Position numbers and translations under genes: made by a program
DNA from: an uncultured Ignavibacteria bacterium
Lineage (GTDB): Bacteria > Zixibacteria > MSB-5A5 > JAABVY01
DNA: 64,000 nt
Direction: 5' to 3'
Assembly: GCA_964496505.1 (NCBI GenBank)
Contig: CAZBZV010000001.1
Span: 117,209 to 181,208, forward strand
Shown: positions 46,525-55,409 of the stretch, piece after piece
Position numbering within the stretch: the stretch's first letter is position 1
Layout: every line of letters begins with the position of its first letter
Notes under the pieces: generated by a model
Database searches by the model: none
Seen by the model: the letters and a program-made list of their open reading frames with translations, nothing else
What the model was told of the DNA's origin: nothing

Positions 46525-47814
46525 ATGAAAAAGATAGTGGAAATAAAAGATCGGACTTTAATAGAGACAATCGGGATATACCCCGGCGATAAACTCATCT
46601 CCATCAACGAGCATGAGATCAACGATATGCTGGATTATCAGTTTCATGCGGCTGATGAGGTGCTGGAGATAGTGATCGAAAAGCCGGGCGGGAGCAGTGT
46701 ATCGTTTGAATATGACGTCTACGAGAACGGCCCACTGGAAATGGAGCTTGAACCTGATCCGATCCAACGCTGTAAGAATAAATGTGTCTTTTGCTTTATT
46801 CATCAGCTTCCCAAAGGCCTGCGCAAATCGCTTTATGTCAAGGACGAGGATTATCGGCTGTCATTCACTCACGGCAACTATATCACCCTGACCAACCTGA
46901 GCGAGGAGGATTTCGAGAGGATCATCGAGATGCGTCTTTCGCCTCTGTATATCTCGGTGCATACGACCGACGAGGAACTGCGCAGGTATATGCTGGGCAA
47001 GTCGAATATCGATCCGCTCATGCCGCAGATCAAACGTCTGGTCGAATCCGAAATCCAACTGCATACGCAAATTGTGGTCTGCCCCGGCATAAACGACAAG
47101 GAACATCTGACCAAAACAGTCTCCGACCTGGCCTTATTCTATCCGCATTTGCAGTCGGTGGCGATCGTCCCTGTCGGCCTGACCGAACATCGCGAGCGTC
47201 TTCCCAAACTCGATCCGGTCACGCCTGAAATCGCAGACGAAATTCTTGAGCAGTGTGATAGATTACAGAAGCAATATTTAGATCAACTCGGTACCCGCTT
47301 TCTTTTTCCGGCCGATGAGTTCTTTCTTTTAGTGGATGAGCCGATACCGCCTAAAAAATATTATGAGTATTTTCCGCAGATCGAAAACGGTGTGGGGATG
47401 GTTCGCGATCTTATGTCTTCACGCAAACTCCCAAAGCTGAAACTGAAAAAGAAGCTGAGAGCCACGATAGCAACCGGAAAGCTTGCCGCGCCTGTGCTCG
47501 AAAAGGTGTTCAGGGAAAAGCTGCGGGATGTTGAAGGTCTCGAATATGAAATTGTACCGATCGAGAACCGTTTAATGGGAAAATCTGTAACAGTCTCAGG
47601 GCTTCTTGGAGGCAAAGACTTTTATCGGGAATTGAAGAGTTCAGGTAACCGTGGCGATATTATGATTTTACCGCCTGACTGCCTCAATGATGACGGGCTT
47701 TTTCTGGACGACTGGACGCCCGCTGACCTCGAAAAAAAGTTGAAATTGCCTGTGGTAGCGGGATGTTATTCTGTGTATAATACCTTCATGCCGATTTTCA
47801 GGAGACTGACATAA
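46525..47814 (+). CDS. DUF512 radical-SAM-like protein with N-terminal PDZ-like domain (der-associated)
   Basis: 'CKNKCVFCFIHQLP' cluster; conserved gene pair DUF512-der. Confidence 0.75.
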   Translation: MKKIVEIKDRTLIETIGIYPGDKLISINEHEINDMLDYQFHAADEVLEIVIEKPGGSSVSFEYDVYENGPLEMELEPDPIQRCKNKCVFCFIHQLPKGLRKSLYVKDEDYRLSFTHGNYITLTNLSEEDFERIIEMRLSPLYISVHTTDEELRRYMLGKSNIDPLMPQIKRLVESEIQLHTQIVVCPGINDKEHLTKTVSDLALFYPHLQSVAIVPVGLTEHRERLPKLDPVTPEIADEILEQCDRLQKQYLDQLGTRFLFPADEFFLLVDEPIPPKKYYEYFPQIENGVGMVRDLMSSRKLPKLKLKKKLRATIATGKLAAPVLEKVFREKLRDVEGLEYEIVPIENRLMGKSVTVSGLLGGKDFYRELKSSGNRGDIMILPPDCLNDDGLFLDDWTPADLEKKLKLPVVAGCYSVYNTFMPIFRRLT

Positions 47815-49121
47815 TGCCGTTGCCGCTGGTAGCAATAATAGGCCGTCCCAATGTGGGCAAGTCGACTATGTTCAACCGTATCCTGGGAGACCGTCTGGCG
47901 ATTACCGAGGATATCCCCGGAGTGACCCGTGACCGTATATATGGCCAAGCCGAATGGTCGGGACGGGATTTCAACCTGATCGACACCGGCGGATTTATAC
48001 CATCCTCGGTGGATGTGATCGAGACCATGGTACGTGAACAGGCCGAGGTGGCAATCGAGGAGGCGGATTTGATCCTGTTCGTGGTCGATGCCAAGGTTGG
48101 CCCGACCGATCTCGACATCGAAATTGCGCGTTTGCTTCTAAAACGCAAACGTCCGGTGCTCCTGATTGCCAACAAAACCGACAATGAAAATATCGCTGCG
48201 GAAAAATACGAATTCATGAAGCTTGGGCTGGGAGAGCCGATTTGTGTGTCCTCAACCAACGGCCTAAATTACGGCGACTTTCTGGATGATGTGATCGCGC
48301 GTCTGCCGCAAAGAGAACCGGAACCGGAAAGCGAGGCGCTTAAGATCGCAATACTCGGCCGACCCAATGTGGGGAAATCATCGATGGTTAATTTCCTGGC
48401 GGGAAAGGCTCGTCAAATAGTAACCGATATCCCCGGCACGACCCGCGATGCCATCGACCTGAAAATAAAGACCGACGGCAAGGAGTATATTCTGATCGAT
48501 ACAGCCGGTCTAAGGCGTAAATCACGGATTAAGGAAAACCTTGAGTTCTTTATGAGCCTGCGTACGGTCAAGGCTCTGGAGCGGGCGGATGTGGCCGCGC
48601 TTTTGATCGAAGGGCATACCGGTTTGGTCAAGCAGGATATCCAGATAATCGAGGAGATCGCACGTTTCAGAAAGCCGATGATAATCTGCGTGAACAAATG
48701 GGACCTGGTGGAAAAAGACAATAACACCGCCGGACGTTTCAAAGCCGAGTTCAAGCAAAAACTGCCTACGCTGAGCTATATGCCCTTGATGTTTATGTCT
48801 GCCGTTAGCGGCAAGCGTGTAAAGACAGTCTTTGAGCAGCTGGAATATGTTTATGGTGAATATACCAAACGAATACAGACCTCGGTTTTGAATGAGTTTC
48901 TGTTAGAGGCCGTCAACAAACGTCATCCCGCCGCAGTACGTGGAAAATATATCAGGTTGTTCTATATGACCCAGGCTGAAACCGCGCCGCCCCGCTTTAT
49001 CATATTTTCAAATTATCCAAAATTCCTCAAGGAAGAATACAAGCGTTATCTCGAGAACCGTCTTCGGGAGAAATTTGGTTTCGAGGGCGTACCCTTAACG
49101 ATAAACTTCAAGAAAAGATAA
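47814..49121 (+). CDS. der: ribosome-associated GTPase Der (EngA)
   Basis: Two GTPase domains 'IIGRPNVGKSTMFNRI' and 'ILGRPNVGKSSMVNFL' plus KH-like C-terminus. Confidence 0.95.
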   Translation: MPLPLVAIIGRPNVGKSTMFNRILGDRLAITEDIPGVTRDRIYGQAEWSGRDFNLIDTGGFIPSSVDVIETMVREQAEVAIEEADLILFVVDAKVGPTDLDIEIARLLLKRKRPVLLIANKTDNENIAAEKYEFMKLGLGEPICVSSTNGLNYGDFLDDVIARLPQREPEPESEALKIAILGRPNVGKSSMVNFLAGKARQIVTDIPGTTRDAIDLKIKTDGKEYILIDTAGLRRKSRIKENLEFFMSLRTVKALERADVAALLIEGHTGLVKQDIQIIEEIARFRKPMIICVNKWDLVEKDNNTAGRFKAEFKQKLPTLSYMPLMFMSAVSGKRVKTVFEQLEYVYGEYTKRIQTSVLNEFLLEAVNKRHPAAVRGKYIRLFYMTQAETAPPRFIIFSNYPKFLKEEYKRYLENRLREKFGFEGVPLTINFKKR

Positions 49122-49122
49122 T

Positions 49123-50163
49123 ATGTCTGATAAAACCAATCTCTATGGCCTGACATACCAGGAACTTGAGGACCTGATGGTGTCGCTGGGATACAAGAAA
49201 TATTCCGGACGGCAGATATTTCAATGGATGTACCAGAAGAAAATATTCGACTTCGGGCAGATGACTAACCTTTCCAAGAAGCTACGCGCTGAGCTTGAAG
49301 AGAGTTATGCAATCAAAATACCCCGCGTTCTTGAGGCCAGGGTTTCAGAGGATCAGACGGTGAAGTATCTTTTTGAGCTTAATGATAAAAGCCTGATCGA
49401 GGCGGTAAAAATCCCCGACGATCCTCGTCTGACTCTTTGTATGTCCTCGCAGGTTGGATGTCCGCTCGGCTGTAAGTTCTGCAAAACCGCCCAGATTGGA
49501 TTCAAGCGCAATCTGGAAGTGGGGGAGATACTGTCGCAGCTGGCACTGGTGCAGGTGATGCTCAAGCCCGATGAACGTATTACCAATCTGGTCTTCATGG
49601 GTATGGGAGAGCCGTTTCTGAATTATAATAATGTCAAAGCCGCTATCGAAACAATCATGTCGGTGCTGGCATTCGGTATCGGTCACAGCAAAATAACTCT
49701 TTCTACGGCGGGACATGTGCCGGGTATATATCGTATGACCGATGAAGGCCTCAAGGTCAGGCTGGCTGTCTCATTGAATTCTGCCGATCCCGAAATCCGC
49801 CGCAAGCTGATGCCTGTAACGAAAAAGTATCCACTGGATGAATTGAGAAAGGCCCTGATCTATCATACTTCACAGATCGGCAGAAGGGTAACATTCGAGT
49901 ATCTGTTGATATCAGACATAACGGATACGATAGCCTCGGCTAAAAAGCTGGTGAAGTTCGTGGACGGTATACCATGCAAGATCAACCTGATCAATTATAA
50001 TCCTTCCGAGGGACTTCCCGAAAAGTTTAAGCCCTCGAATGAGAATGATCTACTAAAATTCCGCGACTATCTTTACCCGCGTACACCTGCCGTAACGGTA
50101 CGCGCCTCCAAGGGTATCGATATCAAAGCGGCATGCGGTCAGCTTGCCGCGAAACACCAATAA
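49123..50163 (+). CDS. rlmN: 23S rRNA/tRNA adenine-C2 methyltransferase RlmN (radical SAM)
   Basis: 'CMSSQVGCPLGCKFCKT' CxxxCxxC and C-terminal 'GIDIKAACGQL' catalytic Cys. Confidence 0.9.
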   Translation: MSDKTNLYGLTYQELEDLMVSLGYKKYSGRQIFQWMYQKKIFDFGQMTNLSKKLRAELEESYAIKIPRVLEARVSEDQTVKYLFELNDKSLIEAVKIPDDPRLTLCMSSQVGCPLGCKFCKTAQIGFKRNLEVGEILSQLALVQVMLKPDERITNLVFMGMGEPFLNYNNVKAAIETIMSVLAFGIGHSKITLSTAGHVPGIYRMTDEGLKVRLAVSLNSADPEIRRKLMPVTKKYPLDELRKALIYHTSQIGRRVTFEYLLISDITDTIASAKKLVKFVDGIPCKINLINYNPSEGLPEKFKPSNENDLLKFRDYLYPRTPAVTVRASKGIDIKAACGQLAAKHQ

Positions 50164-50214
50164 ATTGTTTTTGCTTGACACTCGATAATCAAAGCATATT
50201 TTAATTCACAAGAC

Positions 50215-50395
50215 ATATAGCCGGTGCATTCAGCCTAACAGGGAAGGCGGTGAGAGTCCGCCACAGCCCCGCTACTGTATGCGCGCTACTGGAGCTTGAA
50301 CCGCAAGTGCGGATTAGCCACTGTCGCAAGATGGGAAGGCCTCAGGCTCCGGGTCTGATGCCGTAAGTCAGGAGACCTGCCGGTTATGAAAGGCA
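50215..50395 (+). ncRNA. cobalamin (B12) riboswitch
   Basis: GGTGC...GGGAAGGCGGTGAGAGTCCGCCACAGCCCCGCTACTGT...GCCACTG...GGGAAGGC...GCCGTAAGTCAGGAGACCTGCC (B12 box); 35 nt upstream of btuB-like start. Confidence 0.9.
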
Positions 50396-50428
50396 AATTT
50401 AAACCTTGCGCGGGCGAGGGAAGTCTTT

Positions 50429-52666
50429 ATGGCCGAAAAAACTTCAAAGCTTCTTTCGCCGGGAATAAAACCGGCATTTTTATTTCTCCTATCTTTATTA
50501 ATATATCCGGCCCTGATTTATTCTCAGTCCGGGCTTTCCCTTTGGGGGCAAATTACCGATTCTGAATCCGGCCTTCCTGTCGAAGATGCTATCGTCCGGC
50601 TGATTCCCGAAGGGCGCACAACAAGCAGCAACAAGGACGGCATCTATCGATTTTTTAATCTCAAATATAAATCTGCGACAATAGAGATTAAAGCGGAAGG
50701 ATATGAATCCCTGAAAAGAGAGGGATTGACGCTCGATGATGCTCTGGCATCAAGGCGGGACTTTGCGCTTGCAACGCGGCTCTTTTATGATCAGGATCAA
50801 ATCGTAATCGGAGAAGTTGAGGTTGAACAGCCCGGGAAGATCATAATCGATGAAAGCTCGCCCGAATTCAAAAACGCCCGCACGCTCTCGGAGATTCTGG
50901 AATATATACCCCGGGTGATTGTGGCGCAATCGGGCGGATCGAATCAGACCGCCTCGATTTCAATCGGAGGGGCGCCTGCCAAACATACCGGAATATATAT
51001 CGATGGCATGCCGGTAAACTCGCATCTAACCGGCGAATTTGACCTGAACAGCATTCCTAAACAGGCGGTAAAGCGGATCGAAGTCTATACCGACGGTGCG
51101 GCCGCCGAGATGGGCGCGGGTTCTCTGGCAGGAGCGGTCAATATCATCACACGAAAAGCGGCCTTTCAGGGTGAATTTGGATTCGATCAGAATATCGGCA
51201 GTTATAATTCCGATGAAACCAATCTGACGGTGCAGAATATCTTCCATGAGAAGCTTTCCGGCCTGTTTATATTCTCCAGAAACACCGCATCCAACGACTT
51301 CAAGTATGACGATCCGAAAGCGGGAGAGATAAGACGGCAGAACAATTATCGCGATCTCGACAGCAAATACGCCAGCCTGAATTATAAAATCAATCAGCAT
51401 GATAATATATACATGAATTTCTCTTATGTCCACTCAAGAGCCGGATTGCCGGGAGCGGTGTATTCGCTCACCCCCAGTGCGGAAAAATCGGAATCTTTTC
51501 GGACATGGAATCTGGGTGCGGATTTATCGCCGCTGGATAATCTTATGCTGGCGGTTTCAACGCAGCATTACCTCTCTCATCAGCATTTCACCGATTACGA
51601 CACCTTTATTCCATACGACAGCAAATATCGCGACAGCAGACTCAGTTTTAATATAAATCCGAAGTATATAATCAGTCCCGATCATTATCTCTCAGCCCGC
51701 CTGAACCTGAGTTTCGACCGTTTCCGGCAGGGGTATATGCTTAATGAAGATCAGGATCCAATCGAAGTTAATGAGGATCGGGTTCAATCGAATATAAGCT
51801 ATGATGGGCGTATGGCATTAGAAAAACCTGCACTGTTTTTCGATTACCTGAATTTGAAGCTGGCTTTCTCACAAACCGCATCCGACCTTTATCGTCCGCT
51901 TATTTCTCCTCTCATACGAGCAGATTTGGAAAAAGGCGATGCGAATAAGATGATCTTGTATGCGGCCTATGCCAATTCATACCGCGCGCCCACTTATGCC
52001 TCGCTTTTCTGGAGCGAGGATGCTTTCTCGGTCGGTAATCCCAATTTGCTGCCGGAAAAGTCTGAGGACTTTTCGACTGGCTTGCGGCTTATTTTCAGAC
52101 GTGCCGGAATCTGGAACCTGGGAGTTGAGTACGAGCATTCATTTATAAAGGATCTGATATATTGGGAGCGGCGTTTTGACGGCAAGTATGCGCCGCGCAA
52201 TCTCTCTGCCGCCCGAGTATCGTCGGTTATATGGAATGTGGAATGGAAATCGTATGATGATATTGTAGGCATTTCCCTTTCCCACACACTTTCCGATCCC
52301 AGGGACCGAAGCTGGGAGCCGAATCAGCATGATAATATCCTGACTTTTCGTCCCCGCAAAATCACTGATCTAAAGCTCAGCTTCAATCCGGGGGTGGTCT
52401 TTGTCTCGATGCAGACAAGATGGGTGTCGGAGCGCTATATCCGACGGGCAAATACTAAAGCCCTGAGTAAATATTCGGTCACTGATCTCAAGGCGGGAGT
52501 AAATCAGAAAATCGGCAAATTCGAAATATCTTTAAACGCTAAAGTAGACAACCTCTTTTCAGAAGAATACGAAATCCTCGAGCGCTACCCGCTGCCCGAG
52601 AGGTCCTACGGCCTTGGGGTTGGACTTACCTATAATTTTGAATCCGGGGGAAGAAATGAAAAATAG
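50429..52666 (+). CDS. btuB: TonB-dependent outer-membrane receptor (BtuB-like) with N-terminal carboxypeptidase-regulatory-like domain
   Basis: Signal peptide; CarbopepD_reg-like 'GQITDSESGLPVEDAIVRL...TSSNKDGIYRF'; plug domain 'SGGSNQTASISIGGAPAKHTGIYIDGMPVN'; 22-strand barrel-sized C-region; downstream of B12 riboswitch. Confidence 0.85.
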   Translation: MAEKTSKLLSPGIKPAFLFLLSLLIYPALIYSQSGLSLWGQITDSESGLPVEDAIVRLIPEGRTTSSNKDGIYRFFNLKYKSATIEIKAEGYESLKREGLTLDDALASRRDFALATRLFYDQDQIVIGEVEVEQPGKIIIDESSPEFKNARTLSEILEYIPRVIVAQSGGSNQTASISIGGAPAKHTGIYIDGMPVNSHLTGEFDLNSIPKQAVKRIEVYTDGAAAEMGAGSLAGAVNIITRKAAFQGEFGFDQNIGSYNSDETNLTVQNIFHEKLSGLFIFSRNTASNDFKYDDPKAGEIRRQNNYRDLDSKYASLNYKINQHDNIYMNFSYVHSRAGLPGAVYSLTPSAEKSESFRTWNLGADLSPLDNLMLAVSTQHYLSHQHFTDYDTFIPYDSKYRDSRLSFNINPKYIISPDHYLSARLNLSFDRFRQGYMLNEDQDPIEVNEDRVQSNISYDGRMALEKPALFFDYLNLKLAFSQTASDLYRPLISPLIRADLEKGDANKMILYAAYANSYRAPTYASLFWSEDAFSVGNPNLLPEKSEDFSTGLRLIFRRAGIWNLGVEYEHSFIKDLIYWERRFDGKYAPRNLSAARVSSVIWNVEWKSYDDIVGISLSHTLSDPRDRSWEPNQHDNILTFRPRKITDLKLSFNPGVVFVSMQTRWVSERYIRRANTKALSKYSVTDLKAGVNQKIGKFEISLNAKVDNLFSEEYEILERYPLPERSYGLGVGLTYNFESGGRNEK

Positions 52667-53900
52667 ACAAACACTGATAACATTGGCATCGATCATTTTG
52701 CTTCTGGTTACCTCTTCCGGATTGCACGCTGATGAATTAATCGTGATAAACAGTCTCGGGGAAACATTGAGCAAAATCGATCTTGAAACCGGAACGGTGG
52801 ATAATAATTTCGTGACCGTGGGATTGATTCCGAATGCCATTGTTTGCGATGGCGATAGGGCCTATGTGGCAAATTCCGGTTCGGATGATTTATATATAGT
52901 TGATCTGGAAAGCGAGACAATTGAGGATATAATAGATCTCGGCTCAGGGCGAAATCCGTGGTCCTTGAGCTTTTTGGACGACAGTACGCTCCTTGTTACG
53001 AATTTTATCTCCAGTACAATTTCAAAGGTGAATATAAATACGAGGACTGTGGTTGGTGAATGGGCTGTCGACACCCGTCCCCAGGGACTTATGACCATCG
53101 GGGAGAGAACCTATATTGCCATTAGCGGCTTTAATCCTGCAGATACCTCTTACGGTCCCGGATCGGTGGCAGTCTGGGACAATCAAGGCGACAGCATTGT
53201 GCAGTATATCAGCGTCGGCACCAACCCGCAAGACCTCGATATCGGTCCCGACGGAAGATTAAATATCGTCTGTACTGGAAATTATGAGGGGCTGCCGGGG
53301 ATGCTCTATGTGGTTGATACTGCCAGCCTGAGCGTGGCGGATTCATTTCAGACCGCTACCACATTTTTCCCGCCTTCTGATATTGTTGTAACGAGTGATG
53401 GCATCGGCTTTCTTGCGGCCGGGGGCTGGATAGATAAGGGAGAGGTCTATACATTCGATCCTGTAAATTCCGTAATGCTTCACGACCAGAACAATCCGCT
53501 TACCACCGGCCTGGGAGTGATTGCGGTTTCGAAGGCCACCGACAGCACTATTTTCAGCTATAATTTCGGCGCTGATAATATAACCGAGATGGATTCCTCT
53601 GGGCTGATTCTCAATACCTATAATGTGGGTGATGGTCCACAAACCGGCGATATCCGTATCACCGCCCCGGATTATATTTGCGGAGATGTGAATGATGATA
53701 TGGCCGTTAATGTCAGCGACGCGGTTTTTGTGATCAATTATGTCTTCATCGGGGGAGAGGCGCCCGCTCCACTGGAATCCGGAGATACCAATTGCGATAC
53801 TGCTGTTAATGTCAGCGATGCGGTCTGGATTATCAATTATGTATTTATCGGCGGAAAAGCGCCCTGCGATACCGACGGGGATAATATTACGGACTGTTAG
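52656..53900 (+). CDS. secreted YVTN-type beta-propeller protein with two C-terminal dockerin-like repeats
   Basis: Signal peptide MKNRQTLITLASIILLLVTSSGLHA; repeated ~40-aa blades (...YVANSGSDDLYIVD..., ...LLVTNFISSTISKVN..., ...YIAISGF...); tandem 'GDVNDDMAVNVSDAVFVINYVFIGG'/'GDTNCDTAVNVSDAVWIINYVFIGG'. Confidence 0.7.
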   Translation: MKNRQTLITLASIILLLVTSSGLHADELIVINSLGETLSKIDLETGTVDNNFVTVGLIPNAIVCDGDRAYVANSGSDDLYIVDLESETIEDIIDLGSGRNPWSLSFLDDSTLLVTNFISSTISKVNINTRTVVGEWAVDTRPQGLMTIGERTYIAISGFNPADTSYGPGSVAVWDNQGDSIVQYISVGTNPQDLDIGPDGRLNIVCTGNYEGLPGMLYVVDTASLSVADSFQTATTFFPPSDIVVTSDGIGFLAAGGWIDKGEVYTFDPVNSVMLHDQNNPLTTGLGVIAVSKATDSTIFSYNFGADNITEMDSSGLILNTYNVGDGPQTGDIRITAPDYICGDVNDDMAVNVSDAVFVINYVFIGGEAPAPLESGDTNCDTAVNVSDAVWIINYVFIGGKAPCDTDGDNITDC

Positions 53901-54416
53901 GCTTTATATCTGAATCCGTCAGGTAACAATCCCGTCTTGGACGGGATCAGGACCTGATGAAACCAAGAATACTCAAGCATATTTCATAAATCCATTCGAT
54001 TTCGTTTCAAGAATATGCAAAATGTTGCATATTAACTTAAGATAAATGCCGAATAGCCAATAGAATTTTAGATTCTTCTCGTACTAAATTATGGAGCCTG
54101 GGTGGCAGGATACTCCCATAAGTACTAACCTTATGCAGCATTGTAAAATACGCTTTTAACTTAAAGCAGTTCTAAAATATAGATAAAGCACTTCCGTTTT
54201 TAGTGCTAAGGCATGCGAGTTGCTTTTGTTTCATAGTGAAAATATGGAATGGAACTTCTGACAAATTTAGGGAGTGGTGTGTGCTGTTAATCAGCCACCT
54301 GACGGTAGAGTCGGGCATCCCCCCTCCACCACTCCCTAAGCTTTTATCCCCGCAGAAATTAACAATCGAAATCAGAACGCAATTGACATTTAATGAGATT
54401 TTGGTGAAATTGCGGG

Positions 54417-55400
54417 ATGCTTTTCGAATCGATCAAAGATATTGTCAAAATCTTCTCTCTGCCTGAAGGCAATCCGTTAGATGACGAAAATCGAACGCTT
54501 GCGCAAATCTGCGGATTTTCAGGAAATGACAGACTCCTCATAGTCAATGCCGATGATTTTGGTCTCTGCTCAAGCACCAATCGGGCGGTTGCAGAGCTTA
54601 TCGATAAAGGGGTGGTCAATTCAGTCTCAATGTTCGCATCGGCGGAAAACACTGATGAAGGCCTCAAGCTTCTGGGGGAGAGAGAACAATCCACCGGAAT
54701 TCACTTGACCCTGACCTCAGAGTGGGAAAATCATGTGCTGTCTCCTGTTCTGCCTGCGGAAAAGGTGCAATCCCTGCTAAATGGCTCGGAGCAGTTTTAT
54801 TCCGAGATTAAGCATCTCTACCTGACCGCTGATAATGATGAAATAGAGGCTGAATGCCGGGCCCAGATTAATCGCATGCTTGACTCGGGGATTATAATCG
54901 ATCATCTGGATACCCATATGGGCGCTATGCAGCTCAGGCCGGATTTCGTGGAAATATATCTCAAACTGGCTTCGGAATATAATCTGCCAGTGCGCATGGG
55001 CTCTCAAAGCCTGGCACAGCTTATGGGGCTTCCGGCTGAACAACTGGATAATGCCAGAACGATGGGGCTGGCATTTCCGGATAATCTGATTTATATCCCG
55101 ATGTCATTTACGCCCGACAAGGAAATCCGCTTCCGGGCTTATGAATATGCTATACAGAATATTCCCTCCGGAATTGCGGAGATATACTTTCATCCTACTT
55201 ATAATGGCGATGATTTTAAAGCGCTTCAGCATGAATATTCGAAGCGTAAAGATATCAGCTATGAATCGATCAGGCTCTGGGATTATGAATTTTTGGCCGA
55301 TGGATGCCTGAGTCGAATTCTGGAAGAGGAAGAAATAAAGCTGATTTCTTATGCGGATTTGATGAAAGTTCAGCGGGAAACACTTAAAGTAAAAGATTAA
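54417..55400 (+). CDS. YdjC/ChbG-family carbohydrate deacetylase-like protein
   Basis: 'RLLIVNADDFGLCSSTNRAVAELIDKGVV' YdjC signature and His-rich 'DHLDTHMG'. Confidence 0.75.
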   Translation: MLFESIKDIVKIFSLPEGNPLDDENRTLAQICGFSGNDRLLIVNADDFGLCSSTNRAVAELIDKGVVNSVSMFASAENTDEGLKLLGEREQSTGIHLTLTSEWENHVLSPVLPAEKVQSLLNGSEQFYSEIKHLYLTADNDEIEAECRAQINRMLDSGIIIDHLDTHMGAMQLRPDFVEIYLKLASEYNLPVRMGSQSLAQLMGLPAEQLDNARTMGLAFPDNLIYIPMSFTPDKEIRFRAYEYAIQNIPSGIAEIYFHPTYNGDDFKALQHEYSKRKDISYESIRLWDYEFLADGCLSRILEEEEIKLISYADLMKVQRETLKVKD

Positions 55401-55409
55401 TCCAAAGCC

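Noticed and set aside
54203-54466. 87-aa ORF in the spacer upstream of ydjC-like gene
   Set aside because: No RBS or family resemblance, and it overlaps the hairpin leader. Likely spurious.
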